DNA from: Leucoraja ocellata
Lineage: Eukaryota
Length of the DNA stretch: 64,000 bases
Reading direction: 5' to 3'
Assembly (NCBI GenBank): GCA_036785375.1
Contig: JAWMAR010000478.1
Coordinates: 186,001 to 250,000 of the forward strand
The position numbers and the translations under genes were made by a program. The notes beneath the pieces were generated by a model that had not been told where the DNA came from, ran no database searches, and worked only from the letters and a program-made list of their open reading frames with translations. Positions 38,757 through 51,265 of this stretch are shown here, in pieces (positions within the stretch are counted from its first letter, which is position 1; each line of letters starts with the position of its first letter).

Positions 38757-41092
38757 CTAGAGACAAACGAAGGTTTAAACGCGAGTTAACATGGCAGAAT
38801 TCAACGCGCCAACCAGGACAGTACGGAGAGAAAAGATGAAGTACGAATGCAACTAGTCTGAAGAAGGGTCTCGACCCGAAACGTCACCAATTCCTACTCT
38901 CCAGAGATGCTGCCTGACCCGCTGAGTTACTCCATCTTTTTGTATCTATCTTTGGTTTAAACCAGCATCTACAGTTCCTTCCTACACATTTCGTCTGCTC
39001 CACTGTGAAATCTCCTCAAGATATGTCTACTTTGAAGAAGTTCTCCTCTCTCGGACAAGAGTTAGAGTCATAGGGTGATCGTGTGGAAACAGGCCTTCAG
39101 CCCAACTTGCCCACACCGGCCAACATGTCCCAGATACACTAGTCCCACCTGCCCATAACCCTCCAAATTTGTCGTATCCATGTACCTGTCTAACTGTTTG
39201 TTAAACGTTGGGATAGACCCTGCCTCAACTACCTCCTCTGGCACCTTGTTCCATACACCAACTACCCTTTGTGTAAAAAGTTCCTCAGGTTCCTATTAAA
39301 TCATTTCTCCTTCACCTTGAACCTATGTCCTCTAGTCCTCGATTCCCCTATTCTATACAAGATACTCTGTGCATCCACTCAATCTATTCCCCTCATGATC
39401 TTTTCACTATAAGATCACCCCACATCCATCTGCGCTCCAAGGAATAGAGACCCAGCCTGCACAACGTCTCCCTGTAGCTCGGGCCCTCTAGTCCTTGGCA
39501 ACATTCTCATAAATCTTCACTGAACCCTTTCAAGCTTGATAATATCTTTCCTGTAACATGGTGCCCAGAACTGAACACAATATTCTAAACGCGGTCTCAC
39601 CAACGTCTTATACAACTGCAACATGACCTCCCAACTTGTATACTCAATACGCTGACTGATGAAGGCCAGTATGCCAAAAGGCTTTTTGACCACCTGTGAC
39701 TTGATCTTCAAGGAACCTTGCACCTGCACTCCTTGATCCCTCTGCTCTACAACACTCCCCACAGGCCTACCATTAACTGTGTTGGTGCTGCTCTTGTTAG
39801 ACGTTCCAAAATGCAACATCTCACATTTCTCTGATTTAAATTCAATTAACCATTCATCAGCTCATCTGGCCAATGATCAAGTTCCTGCTGCAATCTTTCA
39901 CAACATTGCAGTTCTGCCACACCCCCTCTCACTGCTCCCCTCTGTGATGCCTCCTGCTCTCCGATCTACATTCATTGTTCTTTATCTCTCTACATAGAAA
40001 CATAGAAAATAGGTGCAGGAGGAGGCCATTCGGCCCTTCGAGCCAGTACCAACATTCATTGTGATCATGGCTGATCGTCCCCAATCAATAACCCGTGCCT
40101 GCCTTCTTCCCATATCCCTTGATTCCATTAGAGCTAGAGCTCTATCTAACTCTCTCTTAAATCCATCCAGTGATTTGGCCTCCACTGCGCTCTGTGGCAG
40201 GAATTCCACAAATTCACAACTCTCTGGGTGAAAAAGTTCTTTCTCACCTCAGTCTTAAATGGCCTCCCCTTTATTCTAAGACTGTGGCCCTGGTTCTGGA
40301 CTCGCCCAACATTGGGAACATTTTTCCTGCAACTAGCTTGTCCAGTCCTTTTATAAGGAACGAGCTGCCGGAGGAGGTAGTTGAGGCTGGGACCATTCCA
40401 ACGTTTAAAAAAACAGTTGGACAGGTAACATGGATAGGAGGTAGACAAATGTGCTGGAGAAACTGAGCGGGTGCAGCAGCATTGATGGAGCGAAGGAAAT
40501 AGGCAATGTTTCGGGCCAAAACCCTTCTTCAGACTGATGGACGTCAAACATGGATAGGACTTGTTTGGAGGGATATGGGCCGAAGTAGGGCAGGTGGGCA
40601 GAGTATAGATGGGACTCGTTGGCCGGTGTGGGCAAGTTGGGCCAAAGGACCTGTAACCATGCTGTAAGACTCTATGACTCTAAAGACACTGCCTGACCCA
40701 CTGAGTTGCTCCACTACTTTGTGTTTAAGCAACGTGAGGAGTGACGATACATAGAGGGAGGCATTGAAGGTTTCTGGGTGGAAAGACCAATATAATCCAA
40801 CAACGTCAGGCAGAGGTGAGACAGGTTACATACAGGTGGGGAACAAACAAGGCTGTAGATGTGGGTGGCACGGTGGCGCAGTGGATAGAGCTCCTGCCTC
40901 ACAGCACCAGAGACCCGGGTTCAATCCTGACCACCCGTGCCTTTCTGTACGGAGTTTGCACGTTCTCCCCGTGACCTGCCTGGGTTTTCTCCGAGAACTT
41001 GAGGATGTGTGGCTGTGTGTGTTTGAGTGAATGAGTGCGTGTGTGTGTGTGAGAGAGAGGGAGCGTGTGTGTGGCGATTGTTTGTGAGAGAA

Positions 41093-41126
<34 letters not shown>

Positions 41127-41272
41127 CTTTGTGTGCGTGCGTGTGTGTGAGAGCGAGTGCGAGTGCGAGTGAGAGTGAAAGTGAGAGTGTGTGTGTTAGT
41201 GAATTCCAGCATCTCTCATGGGCCAATAAACCATCTGTCTTTACATAGACATGACAGTGTGTTTCTACACAC

Positions 41273-41372
41273 ATTCTACAGTGAGGGTCACATCCCTCTC
41301 TGCTGTCCCATGGTCATTCTCCACTACACACTGATAGACCCCAGCATCCTTCCCTGTCAGCTGAGGGAATTG
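41273..41372 (-). pseudogene. Second copy of the 3' half of the dead C2 exon
   Basis: Near-identical to 47794-47893, with the same flanks and the same adjacent LINE junction. It has no 5' half. Confidence 0.85.
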
Positions 41373-41424
41373 TAAAGAATAGGCTTGTATTCACTGATGT
41401 TTAGAAGGATGAGGGGATGTCTTA

Positions 41425-44400
41425 ACCATATAACCATATAACAATTACAACACGGAAACAGGCCATCTCGGCCCTACAAGTCCATGCCGAACAAAATTTT
41501 TTTCCCCTTAGTCCCACCTGCCTGCACTCGTACCGTAACCCTCCATTCCCTTCTCATCCATATGCCTATTCAATTTATTTTTAAATGATACCAATGAACC
41601 TGCCTCCACCACTTCCACTGGGAGCTCATTCCACACCGCCACCACTCTCTGCGTAAAGAAGTTCCCCTCATATTACCCCTAAACTTCTGTCCCTTAATTC
41701 TGAAGTCATGTCCTCTTGTTTGAATCTTCCCTATTCTCAAAGGGAAAAGCTTGTCCACATCAACTCTGTCTATCCCTCTCATCATTTTAAAGACCTCTAT
41801 CAGGTCCCCCCTTAACCTTCTGCGCTCCAGAGAATAAAGACCTAACTTATTCAACCTATCTCTGTAACTTAGTTGTTGAAACCCAGGCAACATTCTAGTA
41901 AATCTCCTCTGTACTCTCTATTTTGTTGACATCCTTCCTATAATTTGGCGACCAAAATTGTACCCCATACTCCAGATTTGGTCTCACCAATGCCTTGTAC
42001 AATTTTAACATTACATCCCAGCTTCTATACTCAATGCTCTGATTTATAAAGGCTAGCATACCAAAAGCTTTCTTTACCACCCTATCTATATGAGATTCCA
42101 CCTTCAAGGAACTATGCACGGTTATACCCAGATCCCTCTGTCCAACTGTATTCTTCAATTCCCTACAATTTACCATGTACGTCCTATTTTGATTTGTCCT
42201 GCCAAGGTGTAGCACCTCACATTTATCAGCATTAAACTCCATCTGCCATCTTTCAGCCCATTTTTCCAAATGGCCTAAATCACTCTGTAGACTTTGGAAA
42301 TCCTCTTCATTATCCACAACACCCCCTATCTTGGTATCATCTGCATACTTACTAATCCAATTTACCACACCTTCATCCAGATCATTGATGTACATGACAA
42401 ACAACAAAGGACCCAACACAGATCCCTGAGGCACCCCACTAGTCACCTGCCTCCAACCCGATAAACAGCCATCCACCATTACCCTCTGGCTTCTCCCATT
42501 CAGCCACTGTTGAATCCATCTTGCTATTCCTGCATTTATACCCAACAGTTGAACCTTCTTAACCAACCTTCCATGAGGAACCTTGTCAAAGGCCTTACTA
42601 AAGTCCATATAGACAACATCCACTGCTTTACCCTCGTCAATTTCCCTAGTAACCTCTTCAAAAAATTCAAGAAGATTAGTCAAACATGACCTTCCAGGCA
42701 CAAATCCATGTTGACTGTTCCTAATCAGACCCTGTTTATCTAGATGCTTATATATATTGTCTCTAAGTATCTTTTCCATTAATTTGCCCACCACTGAAGT
42801 CAAACTAACAGGTCTATAATTGCTAGGTTTACTCTTAGAACCCTTTTTAAACAATGGAACAACATGCGCAGTACGCCAATCCTCGGGGACTATTCCCGTT
42901 TCTAATGACATTTGAAATATTTCTGTCATATCCCCGGCTATTTCTACACCAACTTCCTTCAATGACCTAGGGAATATCCTGTCAGGACCTGGAGACTTAT
43001 CCACTTTTATATTTTTCAAAAGTGTCAGTAATTCTTTTACTTTGAACCTCATAGTATCCATAGCTACTCTACTAGTTTCCCTTCCCTCACATAATTCAAT
43101 ATCCTTCTCCTTGGTGAATACCGAAGAAAAAAAATTGTTCAATATCTCCCCCATCTCTTTTGGCTCTGCAGATAGCTGTCCACTCTGTCTCTCCAATGGA
43201 CCAATTTTATCCCTCGTTATCCTTTTGCTATTAATATAGCTGTAGAAACACTTTGGATTGACTTTCACCTTACTTGCCAAAGCAACCTCATATCTTCTTT
43301 TAGCTTTTCTAATTTCTTTCTTAAGATTCTTTTTACATTCCTTATACTCCTCAAGCACCTCATTTACTTCATGCTGCCTATAATTATTGTAGATCTCCCT
43401 CTTTTTCCGAACAAGATGTCCAATTTCCCTTGAAAACCAGGGCTCTTTCCAATTTTTACTGTTTCCTTTCAACCGAACAGGAACATAAAGATTCTGTACT
43501 CTTAAAATTTCCCCTTTAAATGTCCTCCATTTCTCTTCTACATCTTTCCCATAAAACAAAATGTCCCAGTTCACTCCTTTTAAATCATCTCGCATCGCAT
43601 CAAAGTTAGCCTTTCTCCAATCAAAAATCTCAACCCTAGGTCCAGTTCTGACCCTCTCCATAATTATCTTGAAACTAATGGCATTGTGATCACTGGACCC
43701 GAAGTGCTCCCCAACGCATACCTCCGCCACCTGTCCCATCTCATTTCCTAACAGGAGGTCCAGCACTGCCCCTCCTCTAGTAGGTACCTCTATGTATTGC
43801 TGCAAAAAACTATCCTGCACACATTTTACAAACTCCACCCCATCCAGCCCATTTACAGAATGTGTTTACCAGTCTATGTGTGGAAAGTTGAAATCTCCCA
43901 CAATCACTACCTTGTGCTTACTACTAATATCTGCTACCTCCTTACATATTTGCTCTTCCAATTCTCGTTCCCCGTTTGGCGGTCTATAATACACCCCTAT
44001 AAGAGTTGCTACACCTTTCCCACTTCTCAATTCCATCCAAATAGCCTCCCTAGATGAGCCCTCCAATCTATCCTGCCAAAGCACTGCTGTGATATCTTCC
44101 CTGACTAGCAATGCAACACCTCCACCTCTTGCCCCTCCAATTCTATCACACCTGCAGCAGCGAAATCCTGGAATATTTAGTTTCCAATCACAGCCCTCCT
44201 GCAACCACGTTTCACTGATCGCCACAACATCATACTTCCAGGTGTCTATCCAGACTCTAAGCTCATCAACCTTTCTTACAATGCTCCTAGCATTAAAATA
44301 TGCACATTTAAGAAAACCCCTGTCACTTATTCTCTGTTTATTTCCTTTTTTTTCTTTCTCCTCTTGTGTCCGAGTGCTTCCCATTTCTGCTTCCTGCCTC

Positions 44401-45686
44401 CCATTCTGTCTACTACCTTTCGCTATTTGAGTCCCTCGCCCCAACCATTCTAGTTTAAAGTCTCCCCAGCTGCCTTTGCAAATTTCCCCACTAGGATATT
44501 GGTCCCCCTCGGGTTCAAGTGCAACCCATCCTTTCTGTACAGGTCCCACCTTCCCCAAAAGAAGTCCCAATGATCCAGGAACTTGAATCCCTGCCCTCTG
44601 CACCAGTCTTTCAGCCACGCATTTATCCTCCACCTCGCTCCATTCCTACTCTCACTGTCGCATGGCACAGGCAGTAATCCTGATATGGTTACCTTTTTGG
44701 TCCTTTTTCTTAACTCTCCTCCCAACTCCCTAAATCCTCCCTTCAGGACCTCTTCCCTTTTTTTTCCTATGTCATTGGTACCTATATGTACCACGACCTC
44801 AGGCTCCTCTCCCTCTGATTTAAGGATATCTTGGATGCGTTGAGACACGTCCGAGACCTTGGCACCAGGGAGGCAGACCACCATCCTGGTCTCCCGACTG
44901 CGTCCACAGAATCGCCTATCCGACCCCCTAACAATAGAGTCCCCAATTACTATGGCCCTCTTTTTTTCCCTAGCTTTTGGAGCAACAGGGCCGGTCTCTG
45001 TGCTGGAGGCCCGTCCGCTGTCACTACCCCCGGGTAGGCTGTCACCCCCATCCGTACTCAAACAGGAGTACTTATTTGCGAGGTGTACCGACATTGGAGT
45101 ACTCACTCGTTCCTGCCTCTGCCCCTTGCCCTTCCTTAACGTGACCCACATGTCTCTCTCCCATGGTTTTGGAGTGACCACCTCTCTATAACTCCCCTCT
45201 ATGACCTCCTCACTCTCCCTGATCAGAGCGAGGTCATCTAGCTGCTGCTCCAGGATCCTAATACGGTCCCTTAGGAGCCCCATCTCGCTGCACCTGGTGC
45301 AGAAGTGGATGTCTGGAGGGCCATCCGACACCATGACCTCCCACATCTGACATCCAGAATAGTATACTGCTCTGAATGTCATTCTCCCGCCTTACCCTGG
45401 ATCTGATACCAGTATAATACAATAGAAACTGCTGGGAGAAATCAGCAGGTATCTGACTCACAACAGCTGCTCCCTCGTGACCTTTAAACTGCACCTTTAT
45501 TATATAAACAAAAAGCACTGTACCTTTAGCCCACTGTACCCTTGGCTCACTGTACCTTTACTAAAGAACTGCACCTTTAACCCACTGTACCTTAACTAAA
45601 GCACTGCCCCTTTAACCAGAAAGCACAAATGCTAACCTGATGTTGCACCCAATCAGCTGCTTCCTCTAGTCTGCTTCCACCAATCA
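41425..45686 (-). mobile_element. Near-full-length CR1-clade LINE: ORF1 esterase, ORF2 APE endonuclease-RT
   Basis: ORF1 at 44450-45382 has the SGNH motif IVIGDSIVR and VVHIGTND. ORF2 has AISETWL, VGDFN, YRPVSLTS, GVPQGSVLGP and YADD. The 3' tail is (TTATATGG)n, and a GTCTTA TSD sits at 41419-41424 and 45687-45692. Confidence 0.95.
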
Positions 45687-47793
45687 GTCTTATTGAAACA
45701 TATAAAATTATAAAAGAACTGGACAAGGTAGATGCACGAATGTTCCCAATGTTGGGTGAGACCAGAACCAGGGGCTATAGTCTTAGAATAAAGGGGAAGC
45801 CATTTAAGGCTGAGGTAAGAAAAAACGTTTTCACCCAGAGAGTTGTGAATTTGTGGAATTTCCTACATCCATCTGCGCTCCAAGGAATAGAGACCCAGCC
45901 TGCACAACCTCTCCCTGTAGCTCGGGCCCTCTAGTCCTTGGCAACATTCTCATAAATCTTCTCTGAACCCTTTCAAGCTTGATAATATCTTTCCTGTAAC
46001 ATGGAGCCCAGAACGGAACAAAATATTCTAAATGCGGTCTCACCGACATCTTATACAACTGCAACATGACCTCCCAACTTCTATACTCAATACACTGACT
46101 GATGAAGGCCAGTATGCCAAAAGGCTTTTTGACCACCTGTGACTTGATCTTCAAGGAACCTTGCACCTGCACTCCTTGATCCCTCTGCTCTACAACACTC
46201 CCCACAGGCCTACCATTAACTGTGTTGGTGCTGCTTTTGTTAGACGTCCCAAAATGCAACATCTCACATTTCTCTGATTTAAATTCAATTAACCAATCAT
46301 CAGCTCATCTGGCCAATGATCAAGTTCCTGCTGCAATCTTTCACAACATTGCAGTTCTGCCACACCCCCTCTCACTGCTCCCCCTCTGTGATGCCTCCTG
46401 ATCTCCGATCTTACATTCATTGTTCTTTATCTCTCTACATAGAAACATAGAAAATAGGTGCAGGAGGAGGCCATTCGGCCCTTCAAGCCAGTACCACCAT
46501 TCATCGTGATCATGGCTGATCGTCCCCAATCAATAACCCGTGCCTGCCTTCTCCCCATATCCCTTGACTCCACTAACCCCTAGAGCTCTATCTAACTCTC
46601 TCTTAAATCCATCCAGTGATTTGGCCTCCACTGCGCTCTGTGGCAGGGAATTCCACAAATTCACAACTCTCTGGGTGAAAAAGTTATTTCTCATCTCAGT
46701 CTTAAATGGCCTCCACTTTATTCTAAGACTGTGGCCCCTGGTTCTGGACTCGCCCAACATTGGGAACAATTTTCCTGCATCTAGCTTGTCCAGTCCTTTT
46801 ATAAGGAATGAGCTGCCGGAGGAGGTAGTTGAGGCTGGGACCATTGCAACATTTAAAAAACAGTTGGACTGTTTACATGGATAGGAGGTAGACAAAAGTG
46901 CTGGAGAAACTGAGCGGGTGCAGCAGCATATATGAAGCGAAGGAAATAGGCAATGTTTCGGGCCAAAACCCTTCTTCAGACTGATGGACGTCAAATATGG
47001 ATAGGACTTGTTTGGAGGGATATGGGCCGAAGTAGGGCAGGTGGGCAGAGTATAGATGGGGCTTGTTGTCCGGGGTGAGCAAGTTGGTACCATGCTGTAA
47101 GACTCTATGACTCTAAAGACACTGCCTGACCCACTGAGTTGCTCCACTACGTTGTGTTTAAGTAACGTGAGGAGTGACGATACATAGAGGGGGGCATTGA
47201 AGGTTTCTGGGTGGAAAGACCAATATAATCCAACAACGTCAGGCAGAGGTGAGACAGGCTACATACAGGTGGGGAACAAACAAGGCTGTAGATGTGGGCG
47301 GCACGGTGGCGCAGTGGGTAGAGTCACGGCGCCAGAGACCCGGGTTCAATCCTGACCACCGGTGCCTTTCTGTACGGAGTTTGCACGTTCTCCCCGTGTC
47401 CTGCGTGGGTTTTCTCCGAGATCTTGGGGATGTGTGTCTGTATGTGTGTTTGAGTGAATGAGTGCGTGTGTGTGTGAGAGAGAGAGAGAGAGGGGATAGA
47501 GGGAGCTAGAGACCGCGTGTGTGTGTGGCGATTGTGAGAGAATGTGTGTGTGTTTGAGTGAGTGTGTATGTATGAACGACAGAGTGTGTGTGTGTGAGGG
47601 ATGATGTTCATGTGTGGGACAGAGAGAATGTGTGTGTTTGTGCGAAAGAGAGAGGGAGACTGCATGTGTGAGTGCATGTGTGAGTGAGTGTGTGTGTGAG
47701 AGTGTGTGTGTTTGTGTTAGTGAATTCCAGCATCTCTCATGGGCCAATAAACCATCTGCCTATACATAGACATGACAGTGTGTGTCTACACAC

Positions 47794-48502
47794 ATTCTAC
47801 AGTGAGGGTCACATCCCTCTCTGGTGTCCCATGTTCATTCTCTGCCACACACTGATAGACCCCAGCATCCTTCCCTGTCGGTTGAGGGAATTGAAAAGAC
47901 TAGGCTTGTATTCACTGGAGTTTAGAAGGATGAGGGGATATTTTATAGAAACATATAAAATCGTAAAAGGACTGGACAAGGTAGATGTACGAAAAATGTT
48001 CCCAATGTTGGGCGAGTCCAGAACCAGGACTATAGTCTTCGAATAAAGGGAAAGCAACTTAAGGCTGAGGTGAGAAAAAACTTTTCCACCCAGAGAGTTG
48101 TGAATTTGTGGAATTCCCTGCCACAGAGGGAAGTGGAGGCCAAGTTACTCGATGGATTTAAGAGAGAGTTAGATAGAGCTCTAGGGGCTAGTGGAGTCAA
48201 GGAATATGGGGGAGAAGACAGGCACGGGTTATTGATTGGGGACAATCAGCCATGATCACAATGAATGGTGGTGCTGGCTCGAAGGGCCGAATGGCCACCT
48301 CCTGCACCTATTTTCTATGTCTATGTCTATGTCCATCCACAGCTCGTTGTGTGTTCAGCGTGACACTGATGTCTCCACGTCAGGTTAGACGCTGGGAAAC
48401 TCTGGAGGGAGCAGAGGATCGCTGCAGAGTTTCCTTCCTTTATACTGACCCAGGAATTGTTCACATTGTCGGGGGAAGTGATTGAGAGATTCTGGGGGGC
48501 GT
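47794..48502 (-). pseudogene. Dead C2-set exon (paralog of 38475-38756), split into 48334-48502 and 47794-47893 by a LINE 3' fragment
   Basis: The acceptor gtttgcag|ACGCCCCCCAGAATCTC is intact (YAPQNLSITSPDNVNNSWVSIKEGNSAAILCSLQSFPASNLTW). A 2-nt and an 11-nt deletion follow relative to the intact paralog, then a 440-bp LINE tail between ...TGGATG and CAATTCCCT.... The 3' half reads QFPQPTGKDAGVYQCVAENEHG, with donor gtgtgt instead of gtgagt. Confidence 0.85.
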
Positions 48503-49380
48503 CTGCAAACAGATAACATTCAGCAACCAGTTTTGCGGCTCTTTCGTTGATCCTTGTAAAAGACTTTAGTCTTCAGACTGTAGAGATCCACTGCGGAAAT
48601 AGGCACTTCAGCACACGGAGTCCGCGCCAACCATCGATCACATATTCACACACTAGTTCTATGTTTAGGGAAATGAGAGATATAGACGATGGTGTAGAGA
48701 CATATAGAACAAAGAATGAAAGATATGCAAAAAGTTAACGATGATAAAGGAAACAGGCCGTTGTTAGCTGTTTGTTGGGTGAGAACGAGAAGCTGATGAG
48801 ACTTGGGTGGGGGAGGGATGGAGAGAGAGGGAATGCCGGGGCTACCTGAAGTTAGAGAAATCAATATACATACCACTGGGCTGTAAACTGCCCAAGCAAA
48901 ATATGAGATGCTGATCCTCCAATTTGCATTTAACCTCACTCTGACAATGGTGGTGTCCGAGGACAGAAAGTTCAGTGAGGGAATGGGAAAGAGAATTAAT
49001 GTGTTTAGCAACCAGGAGATCAGGTAGGTCATACATCTCTCTACATCATCGTCTATATCTCTCGTTTCCCTTTCCAGTAACTTTCAGTCTGAAGAAGGTT
49101 CTCGATCTGAAACGTCACCCATTCCTTCTCTCCAGAGATGCTGCCTGTCCTGCTGAGTTTCTCCAGCTTTTGGTGTTGATTTGATTAGTACAGGTGTCAG
49201 AGGATATGGGGAGAAGGCAGAAGGGGTTAGGAGAGAGAGATTGTTCAGCCATAATTGAATGGCAGAGTAGACTTGATGGGCTGAATGGCCTAATTCTGTA
49301 CCTATCGTCTATGACCTTATATACCAGCACTGCTAATAGATTATTGATGTTCCTGCACAATAAACGATCTCCGTACTTAC

Positions 49381-49674
49381 ATTCCACAGTCAGTGTGAGG
49401 GTCTGCTCCAATGACACAGTTGGGTATGTGACTCTGCAGGTGAGGCTTTGTCCATGATGTTTGAGCGCTGGGGTCAGGGACAGAACAGAAGTATATGTCA
49501 GAGTGTCACCCTGCTGAGTTACGCTGTGTGAGGCTGACGGGGGTACATCAGCGGGGGTGACCCAGGTTAAGGTGGGTGCCGTTCCATTACACGTGGTGCT
49601 GAAGGAGCAGGTCATGTCCACAGGCTTTCCCGCCACCAATTCAGCAGGGAATATCGTGGGTTTATCCGTGAAAT
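49381..49674 (-). CDS. Siglec-like gene A: C2-set Ig domain 2
   Basis: 294-nt phase 1-1 exon (tgtgttag|ATTTC...GAAT|gtaagt): DFTDKPTIFPAELVAGKPVDMTCSFSTTCNGTAPTLTW...SVLSLTPALKHHGQSLTCRV. The extra Cys (TTC) matches the Siglec D1-D2 inter-domain disulfide pattern. Confidence 0.92.
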
Positions 49675-50130
49675 CTAACACACAGAGAAACAAATACTGT
49701 TAGTTAAATATCACTGGATACATCGGTTCACATTGAAATCCCAGTCCCACACGAGCAAGGATGTTTTTACAAGGTATAGAAGTGTGAAAACGCACACCTC
49801 CAGATTCAGGGACAGTTTCTTCCCAGCTGTTATCAGGCAACTGAATCATTCTACCACAACCAGGGAGCGGTCCTGAACTACTATCTGCCTCAGCAGAAAG
49901 ACTATACATGATTGCAATCGAGCCATTTGCAGTGTATGGATACGTGATAAGGGAATAACGTTTAATGCAAGGTAAAGCCAGCAAAGTCCAATCAAGGATA
50001 GTCCGATGGGTCACCAGTGATGTCGACAGTAGTTCAACACTGCTCTCTGGTTGTGGTAGGATGGTTCAGTTGCCTGATAACAGCTGGGAGAAACTGTTGA
50101 GTGAATGAGTGAATTAAACAGAGCACTTAC

Positions 50131-50493
50131 CACTAACAGTGAGCTTTGTTACAGGGTGGTAGTTGTACGTATTTTCCCCTCCGAAATCAACTCTGAAAAA
50201 ATAACGACCTTCATCTTGCGGCGTGATGTTGTCTATAACCAGGGAACAGTCGTTGTCTTTCAGGATTCCTGACAGCCGGGTCCGATGCTGAAACTTTGTT
50301 GATACTAGACTGGGATCCCCGGAGTGGAAGGCTACAGGATCTTTGTGCGATCCACTGTTATACCAGATTCCAGTCCGTGGTTGACTGTTCAGATTCGACG
50401 GGTACCAGTATTTACACGGAATCCGTGCACACAAACCATTCTGCGCTGTCACAGCTCTGGGATTCCACGCTCTCCACTCTCCCGACATCACGG
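50131..50493 (-). CDS. Siglec-like gene A: N-terminal V-set Ig domain
   Basis: 363-nt phase 1-1 exon (ctctcctcag|CCGTG...AGTG|gtaagt). It encodes GEWRAWNPRAVTAQNGLCARIPC...WY...DNDCSLVIDNITPQDEGRYFFRVDFGGENTYNY. It has the Siglec-type Cys pattern (CxxIPC, DCSL) and the F-strand YFFR Arg (codon 50192-50194). Confidence 0.93.
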
Positions 50494-50630
50494 CTGAGGA
50501 GAGAAGGAACAATCTTTAGCAGTGAACACCCTGTCAGTTCACTGGACTTTCCACACCGTTTATCCTGCGCTGTGGACCCGGTGTGAACAGAGCGTAGAAG
50601 AGCAGCATGGTGGCGTAGTGGTAGAGTCTT

Positions 50631-51192
50631 CCTCCTCACCGCCCCTCCCCCAGTGCATCACTCCCTCCTCACCGCCCCTCCCCCAGTGCATCACTCCCTC
50701 CTCACGGCCCCTCCCCCAGTGCATCACTCCCTCCTCACCGCCCCTCCCCCAGTGCATCACTCCCTCCTCACCGCCCCTCCCCCAGTGCATCACCGCCTCC
50801 TCACCGCCCCTCCCCCAGTGCATCACTCCCTCCTCACCGCCCCTCCCCCAGTGCATCACTCCCTCCGCACCGCCCCTCCCCCAGTGCATCACTCCCTCCT
50901 CACCGCCCCTCCCCCAGTGCATCACCGCCTCCTCACCACCCCTCCCCCAATGCATCACTCCCTCCTCACCGCCCCTCCCCCAGTGCATCACTCCCTCCTC
51001 ACCGCCCCTCCCCCAGTGCATCAATCCCTCCTCACCGCCCCTCCCCCAATGCATCACTCCCTCCTCACCGCCCCTCCCCCAGTGCATCACTCCCTCCTCA
51101 CCACCCCTCCCCCAATGCATCACTCCCTCCTCACCGCCCCTCCCCCAGTGCATCACTGCCTCCGCACCGCCCCTCTCCCAGTGCATCACTCC
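50631..51192. repeat. 33-bp minisatellite, 17 units (CCTCCTCACCGCCCCTCCCCCAGTGCATCACTC)
   Basis: Directly visible tandem array with few variant units. Confidence 0.97.
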
Positions 51193-51225
51193 CCGTAAAC
51201 ACTTCTGAGTTGCTGCTGATGGTAC

Positions 51226-51265
51226 CTTGGAGAAGGGAGAGGAGGAAGAACGATTTCCCGATCAT
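51226..51265 (-). CDS. Siglec-like gene A: signal-peptide coding exon (MIGKSFFLLSLLQ+G); the full exon with 5'UTR is 51226-51307
   Basis: Minus strand reads ctttctcttccag|ACCGGG...ACA ATG ATC GGG AAA TCG TTC TTC CTC CTC TCC CTT CTC CAA G|gtacca. The phase-1 join to the V-set exon gives the hydrophobic leader MIGKSFFLLSLLQAVMS-GEW. Confidence 0.8.

Larger units (their letters stand above)
39421..48118. repeat. Tandem duplication of about 2.2 kb: copy 1 = 39421-41424 plus 45693-45862 (split by CR1); copy 2 = 45863-48118
   Basis: Collinear direct matches at 39421/45863, 40013/46460, 40700/47140 and 41200/47720. Confidence 0.9.

Noticed and set aside
50522-51208. Long repetitive ORFs (SSPPLPQCITP / VMHWGRGGEEG), or a CRISPR-like array
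   Set aside because: These are artefacts of a 33-bp minisatellite with no unique spacers. Intron retention in the gene's frame hits TGA in the second unit.
26467-51265. Assigning the symbol MAG, CD22 or CD33
   Set aside because: Domain count, tail and duplicated context do not allow an orthology call without phylogeny.
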